A DNA stretch of 54,252 nucleotides, from the IMG/VR virus record IMGVR_UViG_3300017788_000032, positions 1 to 54,252 of that record, one strand, 5' to 3'. Positions 8,772 through 20,836 of this stretch are shown piece after piece (the first letter of the stretch is position 1; every line of letters starts with the position of its first letter). Position numbers and translations under genes: made by a program. Origin of the DNA: a virus (Duplodnaviria; Caudoviricetes). Under the pieces are notes generated by a model, which had not been told where the DNA came from, made no database searches, and saw only the letters and a list, made by a program, of their open reading frames with translations.

Positions 8772-11210
8772 TTAATTGTGGAATCTAATGTCAGCACTGA
8801 CCAATGAGCCGGTGTCTATAGAGAAGAAGTCCTGTATATACAACTTCCAAGTCCCGTTGGCAGAGCCAGCCGAGATGTTATTGTAAATTGCGAGAGATGT
8901 ATTATAAGGCCCTGAAGGACATCCATTAGTAGGATCCATAGGGAAAGTATTTGCAATACTGTTGGGTCTAAAGAATCCAGAAGAATAGCCGTCCCAGGGA
9001 GTTAATATGGCGCTGTCAAGTACTACTGTGGTATTACTAGCTGCATTACTGCCGATTTGACCTGCAAGAATGCTTGTTGTCGTACCATCTGGTGCGACTA
9101 ATAGCATTACAACGTCTTCAGGAAAATTGTGAGAGTAATTGTTAAGTTTTACAGATACCCGTGAGCTATTACTCGTCAATCCAGATACATTAAATTCTAA
9201 AGGATAGGGAGTAGCTATAGCGTTATCATTTATTATTAAATTAGTTGTAGTTGACGGGAAAGATGTGTAGTCGGGTATAGTTTGTGTAGGTGTCGGTGAT
9301 GGGGAATTCGTAGGCGTGATAGAAATTGTTGGTGTAAGGGTTGGAGTTTGTGTGAGCGTAGGTGTCACTGTAGGTGTGGGTGTATTTGTTGCTAGAGGAG
9401 AAAGTTCGTGAACTCTTAGTTGAGCTCTATATAAGCTACCAACGTCTACACCTGCAAAGTCTTGAATATATAGACTCCACGTACCATTTACAGCAACAGC
9501 GGCTAGATAATCGAATACTGAAAGGCTTGTATTATAAGGTCCGCTTGGGCAAGGGCCGTCAAACGGGAATGTAATATCAGATGTATTAACATTAAAGTTA
9601 CCTGAGGAATAACCATTCCAAGGTGTTGGGTTCTGTCCATCGAGTATCACTGTAGCATTATTGGCACCTAATGTACCTACTCTACCGGCAAGAATACAGG
9701 CAGTTACACCATCAGGAGCAACCAATAACATTGCAACGTCTGATGGAGCAGAGTGCGTATAGTTTTCAAGTTGAATTGAAATTCTAGAAGAGGTATTAAC
9801 TATACCACTTACAGTAAAGGTCATAGGATAGGGGCTTGCGGTAGTACCATCATTAATAATTGTATTGGTATTGTTAGAATAGAATCCAATATAATCAGGC
9901 GGAGTAGTAGTCGGGGTTACTGTTTGTGTAACTGTGGGTGTTAATGTTTCTGTAGGTGTGTTAGTAGGTGTCTCTGTTGGTGTAGGTGTCTCTGTGGGTG
10001 TAAAAGATATAGTGGGAGTGTTGGTCGGTGTTTCAGTAGGCGTGGGTGTCTCTGTGGGTGTGAAGGATATGGTAGGCGTGTTAGTGGGTGTTTCAGTAGG
10101 CGTGGGTGTCTCTGTGGGTGTGAAGGATATGGTAGGCGTGTTAGTGGGTGTTTCAGTCGGTGTGGGTGTTTCAGTAGGTGTAATAGAAATAGATGGTGTA
10201 ATTGATATTGTGGGTGTCACCGTAGGTGTACGGGTTAATGTAGGTGTATTAGAAGAAGTGACTGTAGGCGTTGGTGTTACTGTCCTAGTTGGCGTCATTG
10301 TAGGTGTTTCTGTTGGTGTAGGTGTCCTTGTAAGAGTTACGGTAGGTGTAACTGTATTAGTGGGAGTAAGTGTGGGTGTGGGTGAATTGCTAGGAGTGAT
10401 TGTAGGTGTAATGGAAATAGTGGGTGTGATAGTAGGTGTAATAGAAATTGAAGGCGTAACTGTCGGTGTTGGTGTATTAGTAGGAGTGACTGTAGGGGTA
10501 ACGGTAGGGGTAACATAAAACCCATTTTCCTGAATATTTTTAATAGAGAAATTAGTTTTATTAATACCATTACTAAATGCAAAAACGGGACATACGGTTT
10601 CAGGAAAACTATAATCTAAATTTACTGTTGTTATGTTTTTATAATCTTGACCTTTATTTCTATGATCTACTACAATGGTTTTGCCTAAATTTGTTATTCT
10701 AGCCCTAAAGCTATTGTACTCAGAGCCGGAGGCTGATTGTTTATATAAAAATATGTTTTTATTTTTTAATGTTGTTCTGGAAAGTAAATTAAACCCTTGA
10801 GTGTAGCCTGTACGTACTGTAAGCGTGTTAGGTACAGGTGTGTTAAATCCGCCTTCTCCTACATCATCTGCGCCAAAATTGCCAGTAATATCTGCACCAA
10901 TTACTGCTACAGCGTTTTTAATGCCCGGGTAATTTAATATTGAGGGTACATAAAATGGGAAGAACGGAACATATATGGTTGATATTGCAGTTAGACTCGT
11001 AACACCTAGACCTGGCCCGGGACTCCCACCATAAAAATATTTATCTGCGTCATCACTATCAATAAAAAAGAGACTAAACCCCTCAGAACCTGAAACATTA
11101 ATGCCATAGCAAGAGTAATCAAACGAAACTATTATATCTCTAGTAGTGTCTAAAAACTTTAGACTGTATAATAATGAGGTTTTATTTGCTTCGGTTAATT
11201 CGTAACTCAT
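8772..11210 (-). CDS. Modular virion adhesin candidate: L-type lectin-like domain, Thr-Pro stalk, two proprotein-convertase P-like domains
   Basis: N-term VSFDYSCYG...EGFSLFF...GLG...IGADITGNF; long TP tract; two copies of YP.F.VSG...[13 protein letters not shown]...NGTW.LYIQDF...D.GSL. Confidence 0.7.
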   Translation of the reverse strand: MSYELTEANKTSLLYSLKFLDTTRDIIVSFDYSCYGINVSGSEGFSLFFIDSDDADKYFYGGSPGPGLGVTSLTAISTIYVPFFPFYVPSILNYPGIKNAVAVIGADITGNFGADDVGEGGFNTPVPNTLTVRTGYTQGFNLLSRTTLKNKNIFLYKQSASGSEYNSFRARITNLGKTIVVDHRNKGQDYKNITTVNLDYSFPETVCPVFAFSNGINKTNFSIKNIQENGFYVTPTVTPTVTPTNTPTPTVTPSISITPTITPTISITPTITPSNSPTPTLTPTNTVTPTVTLTRTPTPTETPTMTPTRTVTPTPTVTSSNTPTLTRTPTVTPTISITPSISITPTETPTPTETPTNTPTISFTPTETPTPTETPTNTPTISFTPTETPTPTETPTNTPTISFTPTETPTPTETPTNTPTETLTPTVTQTVTPTTTPPDYIGFYSNNTNTIINDGTTASPYPMTFTVSGIVNTSSRISIQLENYTHSAPSDVAMLLVAPDGVTACILAGRVGTLGANNATVILDGQNPTPWNGYSSGNFNVNTSDITFPFDGPCPSGPYNTSLSVFDYLAAVAVNGTWSLYIQDFAGVDVGSLYRAQLRVHELSPLATNTPTPTVTPTLTQTPTLTPTISITPTNSPSPTPTQTIPDYTSFPSTTTNLIINDNAIATPYPLEFNVSGLTSNSSRVSVKLNNYSHNFPEDVVMLLVAPDGTTTSILAGQIGSNAASNTTVVLDSAILTPWDGYSSGFFRPNSIANTFPMDPTNGCPSGPYNTSLAIYNNISAGSANGTWKLYIQDFFSIDTGSLVSADIRFHN
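9961..10200 (-). repeat. About four tandem 60-bp coding repeats ([20 protein letters not shown])
   Basis: Rows starting 9961, 10021, 10081 and 10141 align with period 60; the two middle copies differ at only 2 positions. Confidence 0.92.
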
Positions 11211-11212
11211 AT

Positions 11213-14200
11213 TTAGACTCCGAAATTATATGCTCCATTTAATACTATACCTGCACTAGAGCCTGATATAATAAATGTTGTGTAAGAAGATGATAATGCT
11301 GAGGCAAAATTGAGTGTATTTGTGTCAGGTATAAGCTTAAACATTGTATTCGTTATATTAGTTATAACTCCGTTTATGTATTTAAAGAATATCTTTATAA
11401 TGTAAAATACATCGGAAAGATCTTTACCTAGATATGTGATGCTGTATATACCTGTATCACTATCATAACCGAATATTGGTTTTTCTATTTCTACAATATT
11501 AACATTAAGGCCTGTGCCTGATAGCGAGAACATTTTTAGCTTTTCAAAGGATAGTACATTTCTCTCTTCTACCGGATATAATCTATTATATTCGAGAGTA
11601 TTAAGTGATAGAGAATAAATTTCAGGATAAACAATTTTATCATTGGTAGCGCTTAGTTCGGATAGTAATACTGTTTTACTAAAGAAAAGAATGTTCTCTT
11701 GTTCATTAAACCATACTGTAGATAATTTTTCTAATTCCTTATTAGAACCTCTTTCAAAAAACAAATCATTTTTAGTTGTGTTTATTATTGTATTGGTTTC
11801 ATAATCAAACATTAGCTTATCAAAAATAATATAATTATCAGTTTCAAATTGAATTGTATCATAATATATATCAAAATTAATAAGCTTATTGTTTATTTCG
11901 TTTTGTATATTTGCGTAATACTTTGAAGTAATACCACTCAAAGCTGCCGATCCAGGTAGATATATAGAAGAATTTGAGTTACGGTAATATAAATCTCCGT
12001 AGTCAATATATTTCGTTTGATAGAGTGTGCGTTTTTTGTCTAGGCCTGTTATGCCTTCAATAACTGTGGTGTTGCGTAGAGGTATGCGATAATTTAAATA
12101 GTTTGATTTTTCAACATAAGATACTGCAAATTCTAAATCGCCTCCGCAGGGTGAAGCACTATTAAATGCAAATATGCTTCCATCTATGTTAGTAACGGCA
12201 GAAATAGGAGGTACAAAATTAAAATCAGCGGGGTTTATAAAGTTAGGTACATAATTAGGAGCTAGAGGGGTAGATCCTCCTTCTAGCAGTTCAATATAGT
12301 AGACGTTTGCGTTTGAAGGGTCAAAAGAAGGGTCGTCAGAAGGATAATCGGGTAGCAGGCCTGATACAGGCGATACAAAGGTGACGCCATCCTTTACAGT
12401 ACAAACAAAACTAACATCAATTTTGTTTGGACAAAACGTTTCTGGCTGAAATCTATAAGAAACGCAGGGCACCAATGACCCTGTTAGAGCAAAAGTAGGT
12501 GGGCCTTCATTATAAAAGAATGCTGAAAGAGGGGTAGGTGAAAGTATAGACGGTCCCTGTAAATAAAATCCTGATCCTGGGGGAATATTGTTAGTTGTTT
12601 TTAAAATAATACCAGAATATCCCTTTGTAGGATCTTCTTCCGTATAATCAAAGTTATATCCGGACACAGAATCATAAAAAGCATATCCATCCAAAGACAG
12701 ACAATAATAAATTTTTACGTTTCCTTGCTGTCTGGGGGTATTTGAAAGTGTCTTTTGAGGGTGTACATCTTTATACAAGCTAAATTCATTACCGTAAATG
12801 TCATTTTTGTACTGTACTACAGATTTGTTAAGAGAAAATAAGCTTTCTACTCTTTTATCAATAGGAAAAACATTTTGCGGTATAATAGGAAAGACATCTT
12901 TATTAGCCCATTGGCTTTTATTTGTTCCTGTAAAGAATTCCTGTGGATCTGTGTATCTGGTAACACCATGAACACTGGTATCTAAAGATTGTTCTCTTGT
13001 CTGATAGCCTCTAAAAGACTGAAAATATGGGCTAGTTGATGGGTCACCAAATTTAAATTGATTTGAGAAATCAGTCTTTAAAAAATAAGTAAGTTCATTA
13101 AAAACTAATGGGGTTTTAAATGCTTCTTCAGTTAATCCAGATATATTACCAAATTTAGAAGGGTCAGGAAATATGTAAACTGTGCTTCCACTTAGGCTGG
13201 CTGTGTTGACCTTAAAGTTTAATCCAAGATTATGAAAATTTGTAAGACCTAACTTATCAGGTTTAAAAAATAAACCTATTTGTTTTGCTGTTTTAGTAAA
13301 CTCTAATTCGGGAACTGCAGCTACCGCGGGATACCTTTTATTTAAATAGTTAGCAAATTCGTTTTCTGCAGAAAACAATACTCCCGAAACATAATTGGTA
13401 CCTGTACTATTTGTTGAAAGATAGTAAAAATCTGTACCTATAAATTTCTCAATACCTGTCTTTAAAACGTTAAAATTTAAGTTTGCTACAGATTCATTAT
13501 TAATGGTGTTAATATAATCATTATCTTTTAGTAAATTAAGTTGTGTGGGCTCAACAAAAGGTGTTATTGAAAAATTGTTAACACCTAGTTCTATTAAAAA
13601 GAACGGATAAGAGGTTATAGCACTTACTATAGAAGAGTCGAAATCGATAAACAAGTTTGAATTTATATCGTACTGATTAAGAGCAAAAAACGCCTCTCTG
13701 TCACCGGTTGCATCATAAGCAGAAGCAGGAAGATTAGGACTTACGTCTAAGTAGTTTGTATAAGTATCGAACAAGTCTTCAACATCAATTACAACATTAT
13801 CTCTAACTGTAGAAAGAGATAAATTGAGAGTTCTTATAATATCAGTAAGGTCTTCCGTTTCTAGTGATTTAGAAATTTCATTATAAATTAATTTTTCTAT
13901 ACCAAAATTAGAACCCTTGAGATTGTATCTTAGTGCTGCTGTTTTAACATCATCTCTTAAAGTACTGTAGTATAAACAAATTTCTTTTATTTTTTGTGCA
14001 AAAAACGGTACAGCTACTGCAAGGTCTCTATTATTTGAAAAATCTATATTTTTTAACCAACGCTTTTCATCATTCGATGTAAATGAAAGTACAATTTCAT
14101 TTATAAGTGTTGTGTAAAGCGCTTTAGTAACGTTTACGCGAACCGATTTTTCAGAATTTTTAATCTCATACCAGTTATTAAGATATGATTGATATCTGCT

Positions 14201-14356
14201 TAAAAAGTCTTTGGCGTTTGTAAATAGGACATTATTATATTTGACCCATTCTTGAAAAGAAAGAGGTTCATTACTATCAACAGGACTGTCCGGTCGATTT
14301 AGAGAAGTAATTGATACTGTAAGCCTCTCGTCAATAAATCTACTAGAGTCTAACAT
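11213..14356 (-). CDS. Large putative virion structural (baseplate-region) protein
   Basis: 1047-aa ORF downstream of gp25/gp6-like genes, with TAAATA 5 nt upstream of the ATG. No family recognised. Confidence 0.55.
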   Translation of the reverse strand: MLDSSRFIDERLTVSITSLNRPDSPVDSNEPLSFQEWVKYNNVLFTNAKDFLSRYQSYLNNWYEIKNSEKSVRVNVTKALYTTLINEIVLSFTSNDEKRWLKNIDFSNNRDLAVAVPFFAQKIKEICLYYSTLRDDVKTAALRYNLKGSNFGIEKLIYNEISKSLETEDLTDIIRTLNLSLSTVRDNVVIDVEDLFDTYTNYLDVSPNLPASAYDATGDREAFFALNQYDINSNLFIDFDSSIVSAITSYPFFLIELGVNNFSITPFVEPTQLNLLKDNDYINTINNESVANLNFNVLKTGIEKFIGTDFYYLSTNSTGTNYVSGVLFSAENEFANYLNKRYPAVAAVPELEFTKTAKQIGLFFKPDKLGLTNFHNLGLNFKVNTASLSGSTVYIFPDPSKFGNISGLTEEAFKTPLVFNELTYFLKTDFSNQFKFGDPSTSPYFQSFRGYQTREQSLDTSVHGVTRYTDPQEFFTGTNKSQWANKDVFPIIPQNVFPIDKRVESLFSLNKSVVQYKNDIYGNEFSLYKDVHPQKTLSNTPRQQGNVKIYYCLSLDGYAFYDSVSGYNFDYTEEDPTKGYSGIILKTTNNIPPGSGFYLQGPSILSPTPLSAFFYNEGPPTFALTGSLVPCVSYRFQPETFCPNKIDVSFVCTVKDGVTFVSPVSGLLPDYPSDDPSFDPSNANVYYIELLEGGSTPLAPNYVPNFINPADFNFVPPISAVTNIDGSIFAFNSASPCGGDLEFAVSYVEKSNYLNYRIPLRNTTVIEGITGLDKKRTLYQTKYIDYGDLYYRNSNSSIYLPGSAALSGITSKYYANIQNEINNKLINFDIYYDTIQFETDNYIIFDKLMFDYETNTIINTTKNDLFFERGSNKELEKLSTVWFNEQENILFFSKTVLLSELSATNDKIVYPEIYSLSLNTLEYNRLYPVEERNVLSFEKLKMFSLSGTGLNVNIVEIEKPIFGYDSDTGIYSITYLGKDLSDVFYIIKIFFKYINGVITNITNTMFKLIPDTNTLNFASALSSSYTTFIISGSSAGIVLNGAYNFGV

Positions 14357-14364
14357 TTAAATAT

Positions 14365-17300
14365 TTAATTGTTATATGTTATGTCGCTACCACTTAAGAA
14401 CAATCTAAGTCCTTTAGTTAATTCGTAACTGAGCATATTTTGCATTATACCGTTGTCTTTTGACCAATCTTTAAAAGAGCTATTACTAAAACTTAGAGTT
14501 GTTAGCGGGTTGTCCCAATCTATTGTATTATTTTTATAAGAATTTTCAAATTGCGGCATATATGTAAAGAAATTATAATAATCGCTAATTCTATTACCAG
14601 ATAACCCTAAAGGAGCAATTAATCCCCACCCCCAATCATAGCTATATGCAGAAAGCTTTAGCTCCGTACCAACGGGGTAGTTATAAATGGCTAAATTATT
14701 AACTAACTTATAAATCCCTGAAAATAATTCGTAAGAAACTATTGGTATGCCAGAAGAAATACTGCTTGTAAGTGTGGAAAGCTGGGTTCCAAGATTATTA
14801 GGATTAACATTTATTACACCTGTGCCCGGTGTATAGAAATTTAATTGATATTTGTTTCTTTCTCCCCAAAGTTTTTTATGCTTAACAGATAAAATGTTAA
14901 CTAATCTCTTTAGTTGAGGTGGGAATGGGTAGTTATATTGTTCAAACTGTATTGAGAGTTCATTACAGAATGAAAGCAATTGCTCTAAATTAACTAAATC
15001 GATATCTGCAGTATTACTTACATAGTTAGCTATTTTTTCATAAACAGTTTTTCCGAGCTCATAAGGCTGGGCTGTAAGACCTCCTACTATAGTTCCTAAG
15101 AAATCACCAAAAAATACATTTTTTTCTTCTAAACTCTCTGTAAATATAAAAGATTTATAAAAAGCTTTTGCATCAAAATCTTCATTTATTTTGTACATAG
15201 CATAAGCACCAGAAGTAGGAAGAATATTAAAATTATTTGATTGACCTGTAATAGTCCTATATGCTGTTGTTAAGGCCATATTTTTGTTAATCCATCTGCT
15301 TCCTAGCCAGTCCCCGTATGCTTGGAAAAGCTGATCTTCAAACGTAGAAAGAATATTCATATCATTTTGCGGAGGAAATACTAGATCAACATAAGGTAAT
15401 TCGCTTTCAGATGAGACGGGTGGGGCAAGAGTGTCTATAAAATACATCTTATTAGTAAAGTTATTAATCACCCAAATAAAAGATGCAGTGTCTGATGCAA
15501 TACCGCCAATACTACCTATGTAGTTTGTAAAGTTACCGGATCCTGCAAGATAATTAGTTCTATTACCATCAGCAGCACTTACTCTAGTCAATGTGTCTTT
15601 GTCCTGTACAACCCAGGCGTTTTGATAACCGTCAACAGTAAGATTGCCGATAAAATTGAACCCGGTTAAAGGGTATCCTGTCACTAAAGTGCCTGCAGTA
15701 GTAAATTTATATAGATAATCGTTTTTACCGGTCAACCCACTTACATGATTGTTATTGTAATTATATGCAGTTACCCAAACATTTTTATTTCTATCTACAA
15801 CTGCTTCTACAGGTGTTATTAGTTGAGGAAAAGGTATTACAGTAAGAAGAGAGCCGTAAGTGTTATATTTAACTAAAAAGTTAGAAGCAGGGTGAGTATA
15901 AGTTACCCATACATTACTATCGGAATCAGTATCTATACTTGAAGGTAGAAATAAATTTTCACCGGCAAAACCGCTTAATATAGGTATATTATAATCGCCA
16001 CTTAAATAATAGACGAAATTAGACGCTTGAGGGTAAGCCACCGCTTTTACATATCCTTTTTCTGCATCTATCTTAATACAAGATACGGAATCGAATAAAG
16101 CTATCCATAAATCGCTACTCGGATCTAATGAAACGCTTCCAGGAGCAGCACTAGATAATATTGGAGAAAGTAAATTTGTATAGATAATATTGCTACCCGA
16201 TAATACTGGGTAAGAAGATAAACTAAAAGCAGAAAGAACGTTTCCTGAGGCATCAAATTTAAAAATATTATCGCTCGTACCGTCAGCAAACCAGGTTTGA
16301 TAGTCTAATCCCGGTCCATTACCAGAAGGAGCTACCTGTATAGCATATACATTCCTATTACCATTTGAATTAAAAAAGTCTTTTCTTGCTGAAATGGTAG
16401 TTGTTAGGTATCCGGGGCAAAAACTATAAATTTGTTGTCTAAAAAATCTTAAGAGCATATTAAATTGAGGTACTGCTATCCACCCTATAAGGGTATCCTT
16501 AGGAAAATTTAACGGGTCTATTACGTCTACAGAAGCTGTTAATAGACAATTATAAGTTACCTCAGGAGATACGAGATACCCCTTATAAAAAGCTCCAATT
16601 GATTGTGGTATGTCAGGACTAAAATCCTCATAAAATTTGATATCGTCTTTAAACTTGTAGCCGGAGGATGTATCTTCTACTAACCCAAACCTAACATTAA
16701 AAGCGGAAAGAGAGGAAATATAGGGGTATATTGTAGAGGAAGATAGGGGTGGATAGGTTTTAGTTGTAAAATTATCAATATCTTTCATTCTAATAACAAA
16801 GGGTATTTCAGTGTTTTGCCAGCTTATTTCTGGAAAAAAGAACTTAGTAGACGAAAGAGTCCCTTCACCGTCTATTCCGGTTGTAGTAATTGAAAGTTTT
16901 TCAGCAGGGTTATGTCTAACTTTAATAATAGGCAATACTGCGGGTTTTAAATTTTGAAAGCCGTAGGGCGGATATGACATGAATTCATAGGAATTATTAT
17001 AAAGAGAATACTTGTCATTAAATTTAGAGCTATCAAAAGTTGCAAATACAAATATCGGAGGTTCGCGAGATGAAAAGTTTTTAGCAGTATCATCTACATA
17101 ATAAAAGCTAGCTGAACCGGTAGTACCTGCAAAAACGCTACCTTCGTCATTTTTATTACAAATAAAAATATCATTATTCTGTACTTTAGCATATACTTCT
17201 TGATTAGATGTTTTAATTCTATCCACTAAAACATACTCTCTAATATTCCCCAATCTTTGTTCTTCATAAAAACGACTTAATGCTCTTAAGTGCGACCATT

Positions 17301-17826
17301 TATCGTTAAAGAAATTGTCCTGGTTTTGATATTGTCCTAAAGCTCCTGAAGCATATAAGTTTACTGTATAACCTTCCCCGCTCAATGCATTGTATGACTG
17401 CCAGCTATTATGTCTATTAATAATAATAGGATCTGCTATCTTACTTGCAGGTACATCATATATAAATTTTGTATAGTCCTGAAAAACTAATTGATCATAT
17501 ATAAAATCCTGAATATTAACTGTGGGTCTATAGGAACTATCAAAGCTATTTCCAAATCTATCATAAATTGTTAATCTAACATCATAAGAACCGGGCCATC
17601 TATAATGATGCACTGCTGTTAGCGAATTAGAAAAAGTGCCGTCACCGAAATCCCATCTTACTATTTTATTTGATATATTATTTGATGAAGTGAGAACTGA
17701 GGATGAGGTAAAATCGGGATAAAAAGTTAATGGAGTATTGCTTAAAGTATATGAAGATAAAGAATATCTACCAGTAAAATTTTTTACGTAGAAATATACA
17801 TAATTATAATTTACTGAATTAGCCAT
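14365..17826 (-). CDS. PKD-domain plus beta-propeller baseplate-region protein (possible gp7-like wedge partner)
   Basis: WDFGDG...HHYRWPGSYDVRLT is a PKD signature; repeated D..xN.WV blades; directly follows gp6. Confidence 0.65.
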   Translation of the reverse strand: MANSVNYNYVYFYVKNFTGRYSLSSYTLSNTPLTFYPDFTSSSVLTSSNNISNKIVRWDFGDGTFSNSLTAVHHYRWPGSYDVRLTIYDRFGNSFDSSYRPTVNIQDFIYDQLVFQDYTKFIYDVPASKIADPIIINRHNSWQSYNALSGEGYTVNLYASGALGQYQNQDNFFNDKWSHLRALSRFYEEQRLGNIREYVLVDRIKTSNQEVYAKVQNNDIFICNKNDEGSVFAGTTGSASFYYVDDTAKNFSSREPPIFVFATFDSSKFNDKYSLYNNSYEFMSYPPYGFQNLKPAVLPIIKVRHNPAEKLSITTTGIDGEGTLSSTKFFFPEISWQNTEIPFVIRMKDIDNFTTKTYPPLSSSTIYPYISSLSAFNVRFGLVEDTSSGYKFKDDIKFYEDFSPDIPQSIGAFYKGYLVSPEVTYNCLLTASVDVIDPLNFPKDTLIGWIAVPQFNMLLRFFRQQIYSFCPGYLTTTISARKDFFNSNGNRNVYAIQVAPSGNGPGLDYQTWFADGTSDNIFKFDASGNVLSAFSLSSYPVLSGSNIIYTNLLSPILSSAAPGSVSLDPSSDLWIALFDSVSCIKIDAEKGYVKAVAYPQASNFVYYLSGDYNIPILSGFAGENLFLPSSIDTDSDSNVWVTYTHPASNFLVKYNTYGSLLTVIPFPQLITPVEAVVDRNKNVWVTAYNYNNNHVSGLTGKNDYLYKFTTAGTLVTGYPLTGFNFIGNLTVDGYQNAWVVQDKDTLTRVSAADGNRTNYLAGSGNFTNYIGSIGGIASDTASFIWVINNFTNKMYFIDTLAPPVSSESELPYVDLVFPPQNDMNILSTFEDQLFQAYGDWLGSRWINKNMALTTAYRTITGQSNNFNILPTSGAYAMYKINEDFDAKAFYKSFIFTESLEEKNVFFGDFLGTIVGGLTAQPYELGKTVYEKIANYVSNTADIDLVNLEQLLSFCNELSIQFEQYNYPFPPQLKRLVNILSVKHKKLWGERNKYQLNFYTPGTGVINVNPNNLGTQLSTLTSSISSGIPIVSYELFSGIYKLVNNLAIYNYPVGTELKLSAYSYDWGWGLIAPLGLSGNRISDYYNFFTYMPQFENSYKNNTIDWDNPLTTLSFSNSSFKDWSKDNGIMQNMLSYELTKGLRLFLSGSDITYNN

Positions 17827-19679
17827 TAGAACTCTCTCTGTATTGTCTGTATCGAAGGCGTGACAATACTGATTTTATTGCTAAAATCGAGAGGGTTATT
17901 AAGGTAAGGGAACTTAAAGTAAGGTAGCTTTATATCCTGGGTTGTGATTATTGCATCGCTTTCAGGATATATAGGATTATAGATTACTAAACTTATACCA
18001 GGTATTGTTAGAGTATTGTTACCTTCTGTTCTAACAGTATTAATATCATTAACCCCCTCAAGCTAAAGTATATCATTAGTAATTTCAGTTAAACTAAGAG
18101 TTAATCCTAAATTGTCTTTTAATGTTGAGAAATAATTTTTAAAAATTTCAGAAATTTGTTGCTTTAATGCTTCTGGGTTTCTTTTAGCTGTAATATCTCT
18201 AGTAATTTGTAGAAAAGTGTTGTCTGCAATAGAAGGGGATATAATTTCCCCGGGGAACCTTACCCCCAAATCTACTCCAACATATACGGGGTCATTAATA
18301 ATAACCTCTGCAGTTGTAAGTTTGACGTTTTGAAGATCATTTAAAATAAGCTGTTTTTGAGCTGCGTTTAAATAGTTAGCTCTAGTTGTTAGTGAAGTTA
18401 GTTTTTCTAGCTTAGGAACCGCATACAAATATACGTTATTAAAATTACAGGAATCAGCAAATTTAACCTGATTAAACAATACTCTACTTTCTAGATTTGG
18501 TTTTGAAACTCCTAAATCAAAGTAATATTTTAAATGTCCTGAAATGTAGTCCCAATTGTTAACTGCAACGGTTGAAGATATTATGTTACTGTAATTTTTT
18601 GAGACGTAATTTGTAAAATCGTTTGCAGTAATTAATCTATATTGACTTCTAAACGTATTAGTAGCATTATTTTTAATACTAGCGACGGTTTCACGAGGAA
18701 CATATGCTGTAGAACCATCAATATTAGAAAACTCTACATAAGAGGCTTGAGGAGCAGTAATTAAAGTTAAGTTTTCAGGTGTAGTGTCAGATTGAATTTG
18801 AGAAAATCTTGGGGTGTTAAAGAAAAATAGTTTATTATTGTTTAAAAGACCAGAACCTACTTCTCCGGTAGTACCGTCTGTCCTCAAGTAATATACAGCA
18901 ACCTCATCTCCGGCGTTTAATTTTTTACCTGTTACATTGTTACCAAATTTTATTTCATAGCGATCATTTTCATTTAATCTTATTTCATAGGATTTAGTAT
19001 TAGATCTTTCTAAGAATAATGATTGCGTCGGTGTCCATTTTTCCCATACTGGGTTGTTAACTGAATTGTCTCTAACATAAACATCAATATTAAAATGATC
19101 TATTAGTAAATTATTACCTGCATTATCTACTAATGTAAGTGTTAATAGTTCGAACGGCTCACCAGTTGCTTCATAAGTAGGATATTCGTTGTAAGAGCCT
19201 TGATATAGTAAGTTATTTTCTTGTAAGTTTACTAACGCTTCGGTGGTACTTGTATTTTTCGAAAAAGTTACATCATTATTAAATGAATAGTTTGATCCGT
19301 TTATAGTAAAGTAAGAATATCTAGGAATAGTATAGGTGCCCGGTAAAAGCCCGGGCTTTGCAGTAGCTAGAAAAGATAGTATTGCGGTTTGATTACCAAT
19401 AGGGTTATAGCTTATTAGCTTTACTATTTTATTAATATTTTCATATAGTTCTGCAGTAGTAAAGGTACTTTCTGCGCCTGTTCTATTCAAATAAAACAAA
19501 AGAACGTGATAAGCATAAGCAACAATATCTATAATTGATGAAATATTACTACCTTCAAAATTTTGATCGGTAAAAATATTGTTTGTGTTTAGTCTGGTAG
19601 TGATTAAACTTTTTAAGCTTAACGCATCAAACGCGACATATCCATCAGGGGGTAGATCGTAGTTATTAAATGTAGCCAT
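17826..19679 (-). CDS. gp6: Baseplate wedge subunit, T4 gp6-like, with an in-frame TAG at 18063-18065
   Basis: DQNFEGSNISSIIDIVAY, YEIKFGNNVTGKK, YYLRTDG and RLITANDF motifs. The frame stays open for 78 codons past the TAG, ending in a TAA that overlaps the next ATG. Confidence 0.85.
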
Positions 19680-19680
19680 A

Positions 19681-20163
19681 TTAGTTTATAAATGTGAATC
19701 CTGTATTACTTAATACACCTACAAGTCTAAAACTAGTAGTTGGATCGATTGTTACTATTGTTAATATTAAAGTTACCAAATATTGCTGATTCACCTCGTT
19801 TGGAGCTACGTTAATATTAAGAACTATTACTCGAGGTTCAAAAGTATTAAGCCCTTTAAGAATTATATTGCCAATATCAAAAGCATTGCTTTCAGTTACT
19901 GGTAAAAATAGGTATCTTTGAAGGTCTAATCCAAATAGCGGATTTAAAATCTTTTGACCTGGTATTGTAGTAAATAGATTAAAGATTGAATTTCTTACTG
20001 CAGCATAATCATAGTCGATTTTAAGATCTTTAATCTCTTTTCTTCTTAAAAATTCGTTGTTTTGTGTGTAGTCTAATTCTAGATCTAATAATAAATCAGT
20101 ATAGGTAAAATTACTTGTAGAGTCTTCAGGTTTTTGAATAGATTGAACTTTTATAGTTGCCAC
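19681..20163 (-). CDS. gp25: Baseplate wedge subunit, T4 gp25-like
   Basis: AVRNSIFNLFTTIPGQKILNPLFG...FEPRV. GTG start. Confidence 0.9.
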   Translation of the reverse strand: MATIKVQSIQKPEDSTSNFTYTDLLLDLELDYTQNNEFLRRKEIKDLKIDYDYAAVRNSIFNLFTTIPGQKILNPLFGLDLQRYLFLPVTESNAFDIGNIILKGLNTFEPRVIVLNINVAPNEVNQQYLVTLILTIVTIDPTTSFRLVGVLSNTGFTFIN

Positions 20164-20168
20164 ATAGA

Positions 20169-20227
20169 TATTTATACAACTTTATTTCTTTAAAACCTGG
20201 TTTTATTAATGATATAAACAATAAATA
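20169..20227. promoter_or_regulatory. Divergent pair of T4-late-type promoters
   Basis: TATAAATA (minus, 20176-20169) is 5 nt before GTG 20163; TAAATA (plus, 20222-20227) is 6 nt before ATG 20234. Confidence 0.7.
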
Positions 20228-20233
20228 TTTTAA

Positions 20234-20836
20234 ATGAAGCGAAATTTTGTCAAATTATTTGAATCTGCATTACAGCGTTATTCTAGTGGTGGTTTTCTTA
20301 CCGGAGACGTAGTTGTTTTTAGAGAAGGAGCTATGAGCGATGAGTGGTTTAAGTCGTTAGGTAGTAATACTAAAGAGAAGATTAAAAACATGGTAAATAG
20401 TGGTTTAAATTTACGTGTATCTGCTATTAAAAATAAGTATCCTAATGTTGGTGGCGCGGGTAACACAGATTTTATAGGATCTGATGTAGATGTTGATATC
20501 ACGTCAGAAATTGCACCTGGTCGTTATATGGATTTTGTTACAGTTCCTGGTAGATTGCTCGAGCCTAAGAGTTCATACCCTAATTTACCTGAAGTACCTG
20601 AAGTATTTAAAAAAGACGATCCCAGTAAGCGCACAAACATAAAGCCAGAGGTTGTAAAGGACGAGCAAGAGGAAGTGCCTTTTTTCTCTCCAGCGCAAAC
20701 TCGTCTATCTGATGTTGGTAATAAAAAGCTATCAAAAGGTGATCGCGAATTAAAGAATCAAAATGTGAAGATACCTTCGTCTCCCGCCAAAGGTCATAAT
20801 GACCCGGCAAGCTATACAGCTAATTACCTTCCTTAA
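20234..20836 (+). CDS. Hypothetical late protein
   Basis: 200-aa ORF behind a TAAATA motif; N-terminus FVKLFES. Confidence 0.7.
   Translation: MKRNFVKLFESALQRYSSGGFLTGDVVVFREGAMSDEWFKSLGSNTKEKIKNMVNSGLNLRVSAIKNKYPNVGGAGNTDFIGSDVDVDITSEIAPGRYMDFVTVPGRLLEPKSSYPNLPEVPEVFKKDDPSKRTNIKPEVVKDEQEEVPFFSPAQTRLSDVGNKKLSKGDRELKNQNVKIPSSPAKGHNDPASYTANYLP

Noticed and set aside
9934-10518. Plus-strand Val/Gly-rich ORF; 60-bp periodicity resembling a CRISPR array
   Set aside because: Antisense shadow of the TP tract. The repeats are in-frame coding units varying mainly at synonymous positions, with no unique spacers.
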